A stretch of 59,113 bases of DNA, filler included, from 4 parts of 4 records of this genome joined end to end with filler, not necessarily neighbours in it, one strand, 5' to 3'; shown: positions 29,627 through 39,561, counted from the first letter of the whole stretch. A program made the numbers and translations. The notes: generated by a model not told the origin, from the sequence alone.

Positions 29627-30391
29627 TTAGAACATTAATCTAACGCCCGCAACCACGCCGGTATCTTCGCTACTATCTCCATTAGCACGAGAAAGGTCGG
29701 CGGTATCGCCATACTCTTTTACCCAGTAAGCGCCCACGTACGGAGCGAAGCGGCGTGTCACCTCATAGCCGAGACGCACCCCCACACGCACTGAGTTAAG
29801 TCCCTCGCCGACACCGAACTCCTCGGCTTCGCTGGCAGCAACGGCAATTTCAGTGCGTGGTTGCAGATAAAGGCGTTGCGTCAGGCGCAGGTCGTATTCG
29901 CCCTCAAAGCTGGCGGCTAGATCGCCGTCCTCGCTCAACTGTAGGGCGACATCGGTTTCGATACCGTAGGGCATCACGCCTTGCAGGCCTAGCACGCCAT
30001 AGGTGCGCTCAGCATGATCATCTGAAAATACGCCACCCTGGTAACCCACGCCGCCCTGTAGTTCCCAAAAGTCGGCAACTAGGCGACTGTAGAGCAGTTC
30101 AAGGGATTCGAACTCGGCATCCTCGCCGTCGCCCTGGACGTTCTCGCCTTCTGACTTGAGGTATACACGGTTAACATCGCCGCCATACCAGCCTTGAAAG
30201 TCCCATACGAGAGCCTCTTGACCGTGATTGGGCACGCTATATTCAAGACGATCAAAGAGCGCCATACCCATATTGTGTTCCATCATCGGGGCTGGCCAAT
30301 CTTTCGGAGCGTCGTAACCATCTTCCGCATGGGCAGCGGTGGTCATAACAAACGCTACGCTAATGCCAGTGAAGTAGAGCTTGGCTTTCAT
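29627..30391 (-). CDS. copB: Copper resistance outer-membrane protein CopB/PcoB
   Basis: Signal peptide; DRLE, WYGGD.NR..LKSEG, YDLRLTQRLYLQP, RLGYEVTRRFAPYVG; terminal aromatic residue. Confidence 0.93.
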   Translation of the reverse strand: MKAKLYFTGISVAFVMTTAAHAEDGYDAPKDWPAPMMEHNMGMALFDRLEYSVPNHGQEALVWDFQGWYGGDVNRVYLKSEGENVQGDGEDAEFESLELLYSRLVADFWELQGGVGYQGGVFSDDHAERTYGVLGLQGVMPYGIETDVALQLSEDGDLAASFEGEYDLRLTQRLYLQPRTEIAVAASEAEEFGVGEGLNSVRVGVRLGYEVTRRFAPYVGAYWVKEYGDTADLSRANGDSSEDTGVVAGVRLMF

Positions 30392-30400
30392 ACTGCCTCC

Positions 30401-32227
30401 TTAAGCAACCTGAACAACGCGGAACATGCCGGCATCCATGTGATAAAGCAGATGGCAATGGAAGGCCCAACTGCCTTCGGCATCTGCCGTGATCAGCGCT
30501 GAAACCCGCTCGCCGGGCTTAACGTTCAGGGTGTGCTTGCGCGGAATCAGCTCTCCCTGGCCATTTTCCAGCTCCATCCACATGCCATGCAGGTGAATGG
30601 GGTGTTCCATCATGGTGTCGTTGATCAGGATTAGGCGTAAGCGCTCGTCCTTCTCGAAATGGATCGGCCCGGTCACCTCGCTGAATTTCTTGCCGTCGAA
30701 CGACCACATGTAGCGTTCCATGTTGCCGGTAAGGTGCAGTTCAAGTTCACGTCCGGGCTCGCGGCGGTCGGGCCATGGAGTAAAGGCCTTTAAGTCTCGG
30801 TAAACCAGTACACGGCGCTCGTTGGGATCAATGCCTATGCCCACTTGACCATAGCGCGAGCCCGGCTGGGCTTCGCCAGGCGCCAGCATGCCGCTTGCGA
30901 GTGTGTTGTGCTGCTCTCCGGTCATGCCAGCGGGGTGATCCATGCCACTCATACCCGACATAGCTGAATGACCCATATCGTCCATGTTGGAATGATCCAT
31001 ATCGTCCATGTTGGACATGCCCGAGTGATCCATTCCCTGCATGTTTGACATAGCTGAATGATCCATACCCCCCATGCTGTGGGCACCCATGGCTTCCATG
31101 CCACGGTCAGCAATTTGGCGACGGTCAGGAATCTCCGCCTGCATGCCTTCACGCGGGGCTAGGGTGGCACGAGCGTAGCCGCTGCGATCCATGGATTCGG
31201 CAAAGATGGTGTAGGCTTGATCGTCTTCGGGTGACACCAAGACGTCGTAGGTTTCGGCAACACCGATACGGAACTCATCGACAGGAACGGGCTGTACCGG
31301 CTGGCCGTCAGCGGCCACTACGGTCATTTTGAGTCCAGGGATGCGTACATCGAAGTAGGACATCGCCGAGCCGTTGATCACTCGTAGCCGAACACGCTCA
31401 CCCGGCTTGAACAGAGCGTTCCAGTTCTCCTGAGGGGAGTGACCGTTGAGCAGGTAGGTGTAAGTACTGCCGGTAACGTCGGCAATATCCCGTGAGCTCA
31501 TACGCATTTTGGCCCACATGCTGCGCATTTCGACGGTGGGGGTTAAACCATTTTGCCGCACATCGGCAAAGAAATCGGCAATTGTGCGTTCCTGGAAGTT
31601 GTAATAACCCTCCATGGTTTTAAGGTTGCGAAATACCGACATGGGATCTTCAAACGTCCAGTCCGTCAGCAAAAGCACGTGTTCGCGGTCATAGCGAAAG
31701 GGTTCGCGCTCGGCGGCGTCGATAATTAGCGGCCCCACGTGGCCTAGCTGTTCCTGCATGCCGGAGTGGCTGTGGTACCAGTAGGTGCCATTCTGGCGCA
31801 CAGGGAAGCGGTAGGTGAAGGTTTCACCAGGCGCGATGCCGGCAAAGCTGACCCCTGGAACCCCATCCATTTCTGGTGGCAGGATCAAGCCGTGCCAGTG
31901 GATTGAGGTAGATTCATCAAGCAGATTAGTGACGCGCAGTACTGCGTCCTGGCCTTCCTTCAGGCGAATCAACGGGCCGGGGCTGGTACCGTTGATGCTA
32001 AAAGCGCTGGCCTCCTGGCCATCAATCGAAATGGATTCACGTCGGATGGCCAACGATACCTCCGGACCCTCTTCAACGCCTTTGGCATAGACATTTGTAC
32101 GCCCCCAGGGGTTGGCCCAGGCGGGGCTTAAGCCCATTGCTGCAGCGGAACCTAACCCTAGCGCCGCGCCACCTTTCAACATCTGACGACGTGAAAGTGG
32201 CTGGGCCATGATGTTCGAACGCGTCAT
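30401..32227 (-). CDS. pcoA: Periplasmic multicopper oxidase CopA/PcoA
   Basis: Tat motif SRRQMLKG; HWHG, WYHSH, HPIHLHG and HCHLLYHM copper ligands; MDHS repeats. Confidence 0.96.
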   Translation of the reverse strand: MTRSNIMAQPLSRRQMLKGGAALGLGSAAAMGLSPAWANPWGRTNVYAKGVEEGPEVSLAIRRESISIDGQEASAFSINGTSPGPLIRLKEGQDAVLRVTNLLDESTSIHWHGLILPPEMDGVPGVSFAGIAPGETFTYRFPVRQNGTYWYHSHSGMQEQLGHVGPLIIDAAEREPFRYDREHVLLLTDWTFEDPMSVFRNLKTMEGYYNFQERTIADFFADVRQNGLTPTVEMRSMWAKMRMSSRDIADVTGSTYTYLLNGHSPQENWNALFKPGERVRLRVINGSAMSYFDVRIPGLKMTVVAADGQPVQPVPVDEFRIGVAETYDVLVSPEDDQAYTIFAESMDRSGYARATLAPREGMQAEIPDRRQIADRGMEAMGAHSMGGMDHSAMSNMQGMDHSGMSNMDDMDHSNMDDMGHSAMSGMSGMDHPAGMTGEQHNTLASGMLAPGEAQPGSRYGQVGIGIDPNERRVLVYRDLKAFTPWPDRREPGRELELHLTGNMERYMWSFDGKKFSEVTGPIHFEKDERLRLILINDTMMEHPIHLHGMWMELENGQGELIPRKHTLNVKPGERVSALITADAEGSWAFHCHLLYHMDAGMFRVVQVA

Positions 32228-32273
32228 ATAAAGCTCCCATTGCTGATGAATTTCATCATCTTGGGGGAGCAAG

Positions 32274-32289
32274 CTGAATCAACGCTGAA
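32274..32289 (-). promoter_or_regulatory. TTCAG-N6-TTCAG box upstream of the multicopper oxidase
   Basis: CTGAA at 32274 and 32285; -10-like CAAGAT 10 nt downstream on the minus strand. Confidence 0.65.
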
Positions 32290-32296
32290 AAAGACG

Positions 32297-33631
32297 CTAT
32301 GCGGAGTTCATACCCGTTAGTGGCAGCGTAGTGGTTACCCGCAGACCACCCAGCGGACTGCGTTCAAACTGGCAGTGACCCGCGTAACGTGCCACTAGCT
32401 GCGCAAGTATGGAAAGCCCCAGGCCGTAACCAGGACGGCGTTCATCCAGTCGGGTACCACGCTCGCCCAAGCGCGCTATATCGCTTTCAGCAACGCCGGG
32501 GCCGTCGTCGTCAATCGTTAGTGTTAGAGAGAACTCAGAAGTGCTGATATGGCAACGAATCTCGTTGGAGGCCCATTTGCCTGCGTTATCCAACACAATG
32601 CCCAGCATCTCGGCGTAATCATGGGCGTCGATAGGCACCTGGTCACGCTGATTAATAGCCTGCGTTAGTTCGAATGTCCGCTGAGGGTAGAGATTACGAA
32701 ACATACTTATGAGACGTTGACTATCACGGATGAGATAGGTCCAGCGTCCTGCATGGGGGCCCGCAATACGCGCGCGGCGAAGCTCTGCATCCAACTGAGC
32801 GTTGATATCTTCTATCCGCATCAGCAGCTTATGGCGGCGGTTATCATCAATTGGCCTGTTGCCTCTTAATACCTGGGTGATCGCCGCCAGTGGGGTTTTG
32901 AGGGCATGAGATAGGTTGGCCACAGCTTCCCTAGAGCGCTGTAACCGCAGATCGATGTCATCCATAAAGCGATTGAGCTGTGCCACAAGGCCATCGAGCT
33001 CTGCGGGGGCTGTGAGGGAAAGTCGTTGGCGGCCACCCGCTTGCAGCTCTTCAAGCTGTTGTCGCAGTTGCCACAAGGGCTTCAAACCACGATTAACGGC
33101 CAGCATGTTGAGTGCTACCAGCACTGTTAGCAGGCCTGCCGCAATGCCTCCTACCCACCAATGCAACGTGGCTAAACCTTTTTCTACCTGAGAAAAATCT
33201 TCACCAATCAACAATACGCCGTTGGTGCCTTGCCACTCGAATTGCTGTCGATACACCAGTAAGTGGCGCTCGCCGCTCTTTACCTCGATTAACACATTAC
33301 CAGCTTCCTCAAGTAACGTTGCTAGCTGACGTTCCCATTCGGGATGTGAGGCGCTGATCTCATCATTAAGTCGCAGCACATAAAGATGGTGAAAAACCTG
33401 ATAACTTTGACTCGCTGATGTGAGTGAAGAGGGGATGGCTAACTGGTCATTTTCCAACTGCGATACGGCGTGTTCGGCTTCGCGCTTGAGGCGTTCACCG
33501 AGAAAGTCCTTAGCAAGATTTTGCAAAAACACGCCGTGCAGTAACCATGTCAAACCAACGACTAAGAGCGCAACGCCTCCCAGCCAAGCGAGCAGGCGAA
33601 ACCGTAAGCTGCGTTTATTAACGTGAAACAA
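32297..33631 (-). CDS. Sensor histidine kinase (PhoQ/QseC/CarS-like)
   Basis: Two TM segments, HAMP domain, H-box LSHALKTPL, DNAGKW, DDDGPG, GYGLGL. Confidence 0.93.
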   Translation of the reverse strand: MFHVNKRSLRFRLLAWLGGVALLVVGLTWLLHGVFLQNLAKDFLGERLKREAEHAVSQLENDQLAIPSSLTSASQSYQVFHHLYVLRLNDEISASHPEWERQLATLLEEAGNVLIEVKSGERHLLVYRQQFEWQGTNGVLLIGEDFSQVEKGLATLHWWVGGIAAGLLTVLVALNMLAVNRGLKPLWQLRQQLEELQAGGRQRLSLTAPAELDGLVAQLNRFMDDIDLRLQRSREAVANLSHALKTPLAAITQVLRGNRPIDDNRRHKLLMRIEDINAQLDAELRRARIAGPHAGRWTYLIRDSQRLISMFRNLYPQRTFELTQAINQRDQVPIDAHDYAEMLGIVLDNAGKWASNEIRCHISTSEFSLTLTIDDDGPGVAESDIARLGERGTRLDERRPGYGLGLSILAQLVARYAGHCQFERSPLGGLRVTTTLPLTGMNSA

Positions 33632-34283
33632 AAACGTACCCCTGACCGCGTCGTGTCTGGATAATCGATTTGCCGAGATAACGGCGTAAACGAGCCACGT
33701 ATACCTCTACCAAGTTGGGGGCTGCAGCATCTTGCTCCAATGCGTAAAGCTGTTCCAGCAGCCGCTCCTTGGAGTGAATGCGGTCAGGGTGGAGCATCAG
33801 GTAGCGTAGTAGTCGAAACTCGGTGGAGGTAAGCGAACGCCATGTTGCTCCTTCGCTACAAACACGCTGGCCCGCTTCATCCAAGGACACCCCGTTGAGG
33901 GTGATGAGTTGAGATAGCTGGCCAGACTGCCTGCGCATCAGGGCCTTCAAGCGCGCCATCAGTTCGGCTTCGTGAAAGGGTTTGGTGAGGTAGTCATCGG
34001 CCCCAGTTTCCAAACCAATGACCTTGTCTTCCCAGGTGTCGCGTGCGGTGAGTATCAGAACAGGGATCGTGCGTTTTTGCTTGCGCCAACGCGTGATTAG
34101 CTCAAGACCTGAACCATCGGGTAATCCAATATCTAGGATGGCAAGCTCGTACTCCTCGGTTGCCATGAACGACGTAGCCGACTTAACGGAGTCGGCTACG
34201 TCGACGAGGTAACCGTTGTCTTTCAGACTTTCAGCCAAACTTTCAGCTAATAGGTCATCGTCTTCTAGAAGCAACAGTTTCAT
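33618..34283 (-). CDS. OmpR-family response regulator
   Basis: LLLEDD, ILDIGLPDGSG, GADDYLTKPF; wHTH ending TRRGQGY. Confidence 0.95.
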   Translation of the reverse strand: MKLLLLEDDDLLAESLAESLKDNGYLVDVADSVKSATSFMATEEYELAILDIGLPDGSGLELITRWRKQKRTIPVLILTARDTWEDKVIGLETGADDYLTKPFHEAELMARLKALMRRQSGQLSQLITLNGVSLDEAGQRVCSEGATWRSLTSTEFRLLRYLMLHPDRIHSKERLLEQLYALEQDAAAPNLVEVYVARLRRYLGKSIIQTRRGQGYVFVSR

Positions 34284-34296
34284 AGGTTATATCGCG

Positions 34297-34776
34297 TTAG
34301 AAATTAATGTCACCATACATCCCTGATTCATAATGACCAGGAATATTGCAGGCGTACTCCAGACTCTCAACGTTCGAGGGGGCAGTCCACACCAGTATTT
34401 TGGTCTCACCTGCCCCGATGGTGATAGATGGCATCTGCCCGCCGTGCTCACCTTCTGCCATGTCGTGGCCACCGTGCTCGCCATGAGCGTCACCATGGCC
34501 ACCACTCATTTCCTGCATCATTATCCGATGCTCTTCCTGGGCTGCTTTATCACCTATCACGAACTCATGTTCAAGATTACCGGTGTTGGAAATTTCGAAT
34601 TTAACGGTTTCACCGGCGGTAACTTGGATATTTTCAGGATCAAACCACATATCGCCCGCTTCAAAGCTAATAGTTCGATCAACATCGGCATTATGTTCGC
34701 CGGCTGCCAAAGAGGCGGACGCCAGTGCAATGAGTGATATTGTCATTAGACTGAGTGTCAGATAGGTCTTGCGCAT
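34297..34776 (-). CDS. Periplasmic cupredoxin (CopI-like)
   Basis: Signal peptide; HEF motif; His-rich loop; C-terminal ACNIPGHYESGM type-1 copper site. Start MRKTY at 34776 with GAGG RBS. Confidence 0.9.
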   Translation of the reverse strand: MRKTYLTLSLMTISLIALASASLAAGEHNADVDRTISFEAGDMWFDPENIQVTAGETVKFEISNTGNLEHEFVIGDKAAQEEHRIMMQEMSGGHGDAHGEHGGHDMAEGEHGGQMPSITIGAGETKILVWTAPSNVESLEYACNIPGHYESGMYGDINF

Positions 34777-34789
34777 CGTGTTTACCTCA

Positions 34790-34823
34790 TAGTGGTGCGT
34801 AGCAAATAGTGGTGTGTAGCAAA
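34790..34823. repeat. Tandem repeat, 2 x 17 bp (TAGTGGTGYGTAGCAAA)
   Basis: Units 34790-34806 and 34807-34823 differ by one mismatch. Confidence 0.8.
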
Positions 34824-34840
34824 CTTTATATAGCGCCAAC

Positions 34841-34856
34841 CTGAAATGAGCCTGAA
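34841..34856 (-). promoter_or_regulatory. TTCAG-N6-TTCAG box upstream of the cupredoxin/two-component operon
   Basis: CTGAA at 34841 and 34852. Confidence 0.65.
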
Positions 34857-34912
34857 CCTCATGGCATTTAATGATCGACGTCAAACAAACAGTGTTAAAC
34901 ATGATGGTTATC

Positions 34913-34944
34913 TTGACCTGCGTGTAGCACACAGGTTGTAGCTT
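34913..34944 (+). promoter_or_regulatory. MerR-family (CueR/ZntR-type) promoter
   Basis: -35 TTGACC; long 20-bp spacer containing the dyad ACCTGCGTG-N3-CACACAGGT; -10 TAGCTT. Confidence 0.65.
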
Positions 34945-34999
34945 TATCTGTGTAATAAGCATGCTTGTATGTTGCTAAACCACTCTCAGGAGTTTTGCC

Positions 35000-35149
35000 A
35001 TGATGAACGCAGACTGTTTTGCCTTTATGAGCTCTTTGGGCTGGGTAGGCTGGTTAATGCCTCTGACATTTTTATTACTGACAGGGCTTGGGATCGCGTC
35101 GCTTACGAAATATCTTTTTAGTCGTTCTCATCAAGGAGGCCATGCATGA
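35000..35149 (+). CDS. 49-aa single-TM small protein (absent from the ORF track)
   Basis: AGGAG RBS; MMNADCFAFMSSLGWVGWLMPLTFLLLTGLGIASLTKYLFSRSHQGGHA; the stop overlaps the next ATG (ATGA). Confidence 0.7.
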   Translation: MMNADCFAFMSSLGWVGWLMPLTFLLLTGLGIASLTKYLFSRSHQGGHA

Positions 35150-35586
35150 GCCGTTTAACGACATCACTATTTTTATCCGGCGCACTGGTTCTGGGGGCGA
35201 CCTCGGCCCATGCTGCATTGCCTGACGAGGCCACGCTGTATAAAAATCCCCAGTGCGGCTGCTGTGACGCTTATGCGCGCCACCTCGAAGAGCTCGGCGT
35301 AGAAGTAACGATTATTGATGACGTAGAGCTAGGCGATATTAAGCAGCAGGCGGGCGTGCCCTACGGACTGGGGTCATGCCATACCATTGAGATGGGCGAG
35401 TATTGGATTGAAGGCCATGTTCCGATGGAGGCCGTGCAGACGCTGTTTGAGCAACAGCCAAATATTGACGGTATCGGTTTGGCGGGTATGCCCATTGGCA
35501 CACCGGGGATGCCGGGGCCACAAGAGGACCCGTACAAAGTGTACGCGTTTACAGGTCAGGATGATGAGCCGTTTATGACCCTTTAA
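35146..35586 (+). CDS. copG: DUF411/CopG periplasmic copper protein
   Basis: YKNPQCGCC, SCHT, IEGHVP, GMPIGTPGM. Confidence 0.9.
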   Translation: MSRLTTSLFLSGALVLGATSAHAALPDEATLYKNPQCGCCDAYARHLEELGVEVTIIDDVELGDIKQQAGVPYGLGSCHTIEMGEYWIEGHVPMEAVQTLFEQQPNIDGIGLAGMPIGTPGMPGPQEDPYKVYAFTGQDDEPFMTL

Positions 35587-35850
35587 TTAAGTGAGAAAAG
35601 CGCCTGTTGGTTGCGGCGTTCTTTCGCTCATTCTGAAGCTCTTCCATTATAAAGCTTCTATAGATTTCGCTTATGGCAACGGTGCCACTGTGAGGGGGCA
35701 GTCTCAGGTTCAGCCAAAGAAGTTTTATGTGATTCATGATGTGGCCTAGTGCTAAAAACTTATCACCTAAGCGCTGTTAGTTGTTCATAATGTAGAAAAT
35801 TTTCCTTAGGGAATTGTGTTGCAACGTATGCATCCGGCCAAGTCCTAAAT

Positions 35851-36366
35851 ATGAAAAATTTCAACATCAAAGTAGTAACCCCAGAAGATTGGGCGCTGTA
35901 TAAGTCCGTTAGGCTGGAATCACTCAAGGATTCCCCTGACTCATTTGGCGCTACTTACGAGCAGGAATCTACATTGTCGGATGCTGATTGGCGGGCGCGC
36001 TTAGATCTTAGCGCGAGGGGGCTTGTGGCTTTTCCGTTAGTGGCCGAGCAGGGTGGCCGGGCGATGGGGCTTGCTTGGGGAGTGATACATGAACCAGAGG
36101 TGGAAACCGCTCACATCTATCAAATGTGGGTTTCGCCTGCGGCAAGAGGGCAAGGCATCGCCAAGGCGCTTCTGGGTAAAATTAAAACCTGGGCGATAGA
36201 TAAAGAGTGTGATTGTCTCGCGCTTGACGTTACAACCAGCAATGAGGCAGCAGTTTGCTTGTATCGGTCGTCTGGATTTATGGCGACGGGGCAGCCGACG
36301 CCGCTTAGGAGTGATTCATTCCTTATGATGCAGCCTATGGAGATGGCGTTACGTAGCGTTGGCTAA
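35851..36366 (+). CDS. GNAT family acetyltransferase
   Basis: MWVSPAARGQGIA acetyl-CoA motif; N.AA..LY...GF. Confidence 0.9.
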   Translation: MKNFNIKVVTPEDWALYKSVRLESLKDSPDSFGATYEQESTLSDADWRARLDLSARGLVAFPLVAEQGGRAMGLAWGVIHEPEVETAHIYQMWVSPAARGQGIAKALLGKIKTWAIDKECDCLALDVTTSNEAAVCLYRSSGFMATGQPTPLRSDSFLMMQPMEMALRSVG

Positions 36367-36441
36367 GTAACCGCTCAATAATATTTCGGACGCAAACTTT
36401 GCGCCCGAAACAGGCTCGTTACTAAGCAGCTTCGTGAGTTC

Positions 36442-37656
36442 CTAGCTCACTACGGCGGCGCTATCGCCAACCTGCTGCTTAACTTTCTCTACGATATACG
36501 CCCCAATGGGAATAGCAGACGTCGCCGCAGGCGAGGGTGCGTTACACACGTTGACAGTACGCGGCGTGTTGACGAACAGGAAGTCATCGACCAGCTTGCC
36601 ATCGTTGGACACCGCTTGGGCGCGCACGCCAGCCGGGTAAGGCTCAAGATCAGCCAGCGTTAAGCTTGGGCAGTACTTACGCACTTGCTGTAGGTAGCCT
36701 TTTTTATAGATTGAGTTCTTAAACTCGGAAAGCCCTGGACGCAAGTTGTCTTTCAGCACCTGACGGATACCACGGTGGCGCAGCATGGCGAGCGTGTCGG
36801 AAAACGAGATATCGGTCTTTCGATAGCCTTCACGTTTCCAGGCCAGCACCGCATTGGGGCCGACCGTTACGCTGCCGTCAATCATGCGTGTCAGGTGAAC
36901 GCCAAGAAACGGCATCGAAGGGTCTGGAATCGGGTAGATTAGGTGATTAACGATTTGATTGTGCTGCGCGGGAAGGCGGAAGTACTCGCCGCGGAACGGG
37001 CAGATGGTGAAGTCTGGCTCGATACCCAGCATGCGTACCACGCGGTCTGCCATCAGGCCAGAGCAGGACACCATATAGCGGGTAGAGAAATCACCCTGGC
37101 TGGTGGATACCACTACCTCATTGGTTCGCTCACTTAAGCCGGTCACTGACGTGGTGTAGCGGATCTCACCGCCAGCGGCTTCGAAGTCGCGGCCCATAGC
37201 GGCAGCCACTTCAGCATAATTGACGATACCGCTGGAGGGGACAAAGATACCGCCGACGCCGGTGATGTTAGGCTCACGTTCGTGCAGTTCCTCCGCCGTC
37301 AGCCAATACCGCTCCAAGCCATTAGCCTCCGTGCGCTCCCACAGTGCTTTCATACGCTGGAGTTCTAGGTCATTCGTGGCAACCAGCAGCTTGCCGCATT
37401 CGTCGTAGGCAATGCTATGCTCGTCACAAAACGCTTTGGTGGCGAGGTTTCCCTCTAAACAAAAACGCGCCTTTAAGCTGCCGGGCGTGTAGTAAACCCC
37501 CGCATGAATCACGCCACTGTTGTGGCCTGTTTGATGGCGGGCAGGGCCATCCTCTTTCTCTACCAGCAGCATCTTCTTGTCAGGATAGGCGCGGATCAGC
37601 TGCATGGCAGTCGACAGCCCAAGAATGCCGCCCCCGATAATAATGTAGTCGTACAT
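36442..37656 (-). CDS. lhgO: L-2-hydroxyglutarate oxidase/dehydrogenase
   Basis: IIGGGILG FAD motif, HQTGHNSGVIHAG, PFLGVH, AGVRAQA, NAPSPAATS. Confidence 0.96.
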   Translation of the reverse strand: MYDYIIIGGGILGLSTAMQLIRAYPDKKMLLVEKEDGPARHQTGHNSGVIHAGVYYTPGSLKARFCLEGNLATKAFCDEHSIAYDECGKLLVATNDLELQRMKALWERTEANGLERYWLTAEELHEREPNITGVGGIFVPSSGIVNYAEVAAAMGRDFEAAGGEIRYTTSVTGLSERTNEVVVSTSQGDFSTRYMVSCSGLMADRVVRMLGIEPDFTICPFRGEYFRLPAQHNQIVNHLIYPIPDPSMPFLGVHLTRMIDGSVTVGPNAVLAWKREGYRKTDISFSDTLAMLRHRGIRQVLKDNLRPGLSEFKNSIYKKGYLQQVRKYCPSLTLADLEPYPAGVRAQAVSNDGKLVDDFLFVNTPRTVNVCNAPSPAATSAIPIGAYIVEKVKQQVGDSAAVVS

Positions 37657-37720
37657 AGGCGTCTCGGTAGCCAAGGGAAAATGGCCACCGTCATGGCGGT
37701 GGCCAGCTTATTCTAAATGA

Positions 37721-38683
37721 TTATACCTGACGCGGCTGACGTAGTGTTTTGGCATGGGTGAAATAGCCACGCTGACGCATCAACTCACGACGCAGGTCAG
37801 GGTGCGGGGTGAAGCGATCGCGACCATGCAGCCAGAAGTGATTGTTAATCAGCAGGAAGCTGCCAGTAGCGACCGGAACCGATAGCTGATGTTGGCTACC
37901 TTCCAGCGAATCAGAAAGATTGGCTAGCCAGTTGCCTTCTTCAAAGTTCTTCGGCTGAACGAACTGGTCAATGTAGGCCATGATCGGGCGACCCTCGGTA
38001 TCCACATCGAACACGGGGTGGTAGATGTCGCGATCAACATTCTTGCTGGGCGGCGCGGTCCAGCGCATGTCACGACGCGCCAGTGGGTGAGAGTAGAAAC
38101 TGTCTAACCCTTCCCAGTCATCGAGGTGCAACAGTAACGAGTTGCCGCCTTGCATGTTCTGTTCGTCAACTTTCATCATCAGCACGTAATCGGTGTCCTG
38201 CTCCACGAACGTGCCGTCGTTATGCAGCTCCATCACGCGGTGCGGCTGACGTAGGTAGCTGTCTGAGTTATCGACGTTCTTCACCACAAACCGCGCATAG
38301 TACTGGCCGCTCATGGCATCGTAATTAGAGCGTCCCATTAGGTGAGATACTGCCGTGGCGAATATCACCATGTCGTCGGCCTGCTCAACCTGATCCAGCC
38401 CTTCTGGCGTCACCAGAAACGCTCCCGTATCCCGATCCACCATGGTATCGATCAACACCGGCTGCAAGGTGTTATTACACAGGTCATCAAGAATCTTGGC
38501 CACTCGAAAACGCAGGAAAGACTTATATTCCAGTGCCTGAACCGGCCATTCCGACACGGCGTCAAGAAACGCTTTCACTGTTTCCTTAGGGAAGCTCAGT
38601 TGCAGTAAGCGGTCCGACTGCGGTGAGCGGCCAACGGTGAAACCATGATGCTGCTGTGCGGGGATAGTGGCTGGAGCGTTCAT
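37721..38683 (-). CDS. csiD: Glutarate 2-hydroxylase CsiD/GlaH
   Basis: [42 protein letters not shown]; adjacent to lhgO. Confidence 0.96.
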   Translation of the reverse strand: MNAPATIPAQQHHGFTVGRSPQSDRLLQLSFPKETVKAFLDAVSEWPVQALEYKSFLRFRVAKILDDLCNNTLQPVLIDTMVDRDTGAFLVTPEGLDQVEQADDMVIFATAVSHLMGRSNYDAMSGQYYARFVVKNVDNSDSYLRQPHRVMELHNDGTFVEQDTDYVLMMKVDEQNMQGGNSLLLHLDDWEGLDSFYSHPLARRDMRWTAPPSKNVDRDIYHPVFDVDTEGRPIMAYIDQFVQPKNFEEGNWLANLSDSLEGSQHQLSVPVATGSFLLINNHFWLHGRDRFTPHPDLRRELMRQRGYFTHAKTLRQPRQV

Positions 38684-38934
38684 TGGACGCCTCTCTTTAG
38701 CAAAAGGGTGAAAAAGAACCGACTGAATAAATAACCTACGCTTAAAAAATATCTACATTTTTATATTTCGTCAACGTTTTATGTTTATTTAGTTAAAAAG
38801 GCGGTGCGAGCTCGACCACCAGGGGAGCTCACATCGTCAAAATATGGGGATATCAGAGGGCGTTGCTAATGGGGGACTCCAGCCTACCGCGGCTTATGCT
38901 AACTTAGTAATTATCACGTCTAAGGTGCTGTCCC

Positions 38935-39561
38935 ATGTCTATCGAAATTTGGTTTGCCTTTGCGCTTGCATCCGTGGCCTTGCTCGCTATTCCTGGGCCG
39001 ACGATTTTGACGGTTGTCAGCTACTCCATCGCCCAAGGCCGACGCGCTAATATTCCGCTTGTCGCTGCGGTTGCTCTAGGCGATTCCACGGCGCTGATTT
39101 TTTCGCTACTTGGCTTGGGTGCTGTTTTGGCCGCTTCGGCGTTTTGGTTCACCGTTATCAAATGGATTGGCGGTTTATACCTGCTCTATATGGGTATAAA
39201 GCTGTTGCGAGCCGGGATATCGTCGGTTCAGCCGGTAACACCCGCCGTATCAGGGTCGCGCTGGAAGCTGTTCACCAATACCTATTTGGTAACGGCACTG
39301 AACCCCAAGGGCATCATCTTCTTCGTCGCCTTTTTGCCGCAATTTGTTAGCCCGGGCGCTAATGCGGGGCAGCAATTGTGGATTTTGGCAGTCACCTTTG
39401 TGGCGTTAGCGACACTCAATGCCACGCTTTACGCGGTGTTTGCCTCATCCGTGCGCAAAATGCTTGCCTCACGCCGCGCTCAGCGCCGTTTCAATATTGT
39501 GGGCGGAACGCTACTTTCTTCGGCGGGTGTTTGGGCACTGCTGGCCAAACGACCTGCATAA
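38935..39561 (+). CDS. LysE/RhtB family exporter
   Basis: IPGP, KWIGGLYLLYMG, ALNPKGIIFFVAFLPQF. Confidence 0.93.
   Translation: MSIEIWFAFALASVALLAIPGPTILTVVSYSIAQGRRANIPLVAAVALGDSTALIFSLLGLGAVLAASAFWFTVIKWIGGLYLLYMGIKLLRAGISSVQPVTPAVSGSRWKLFTNTYLVTALNPKGIIFFVAFLPQFVSPGANAGQQLWILAVTFVALATLNATLYAVFASSVRKMLASRRAQRRFNIVGGTLLSSAGVWALLAKRPA

Noticed and set aside
35583-35590. TTAATTAA resembling the contig spacer
   Set aside because: A natural 8-mer overlapping the copG stop codon, without flanking Ns.
35777-36420. GNAT gene as another integron cassette
   Set aside because: No intact R''/L boxes. The downstream hairpin (36384-36410) is adequately explained as a terminator between convergent genes.
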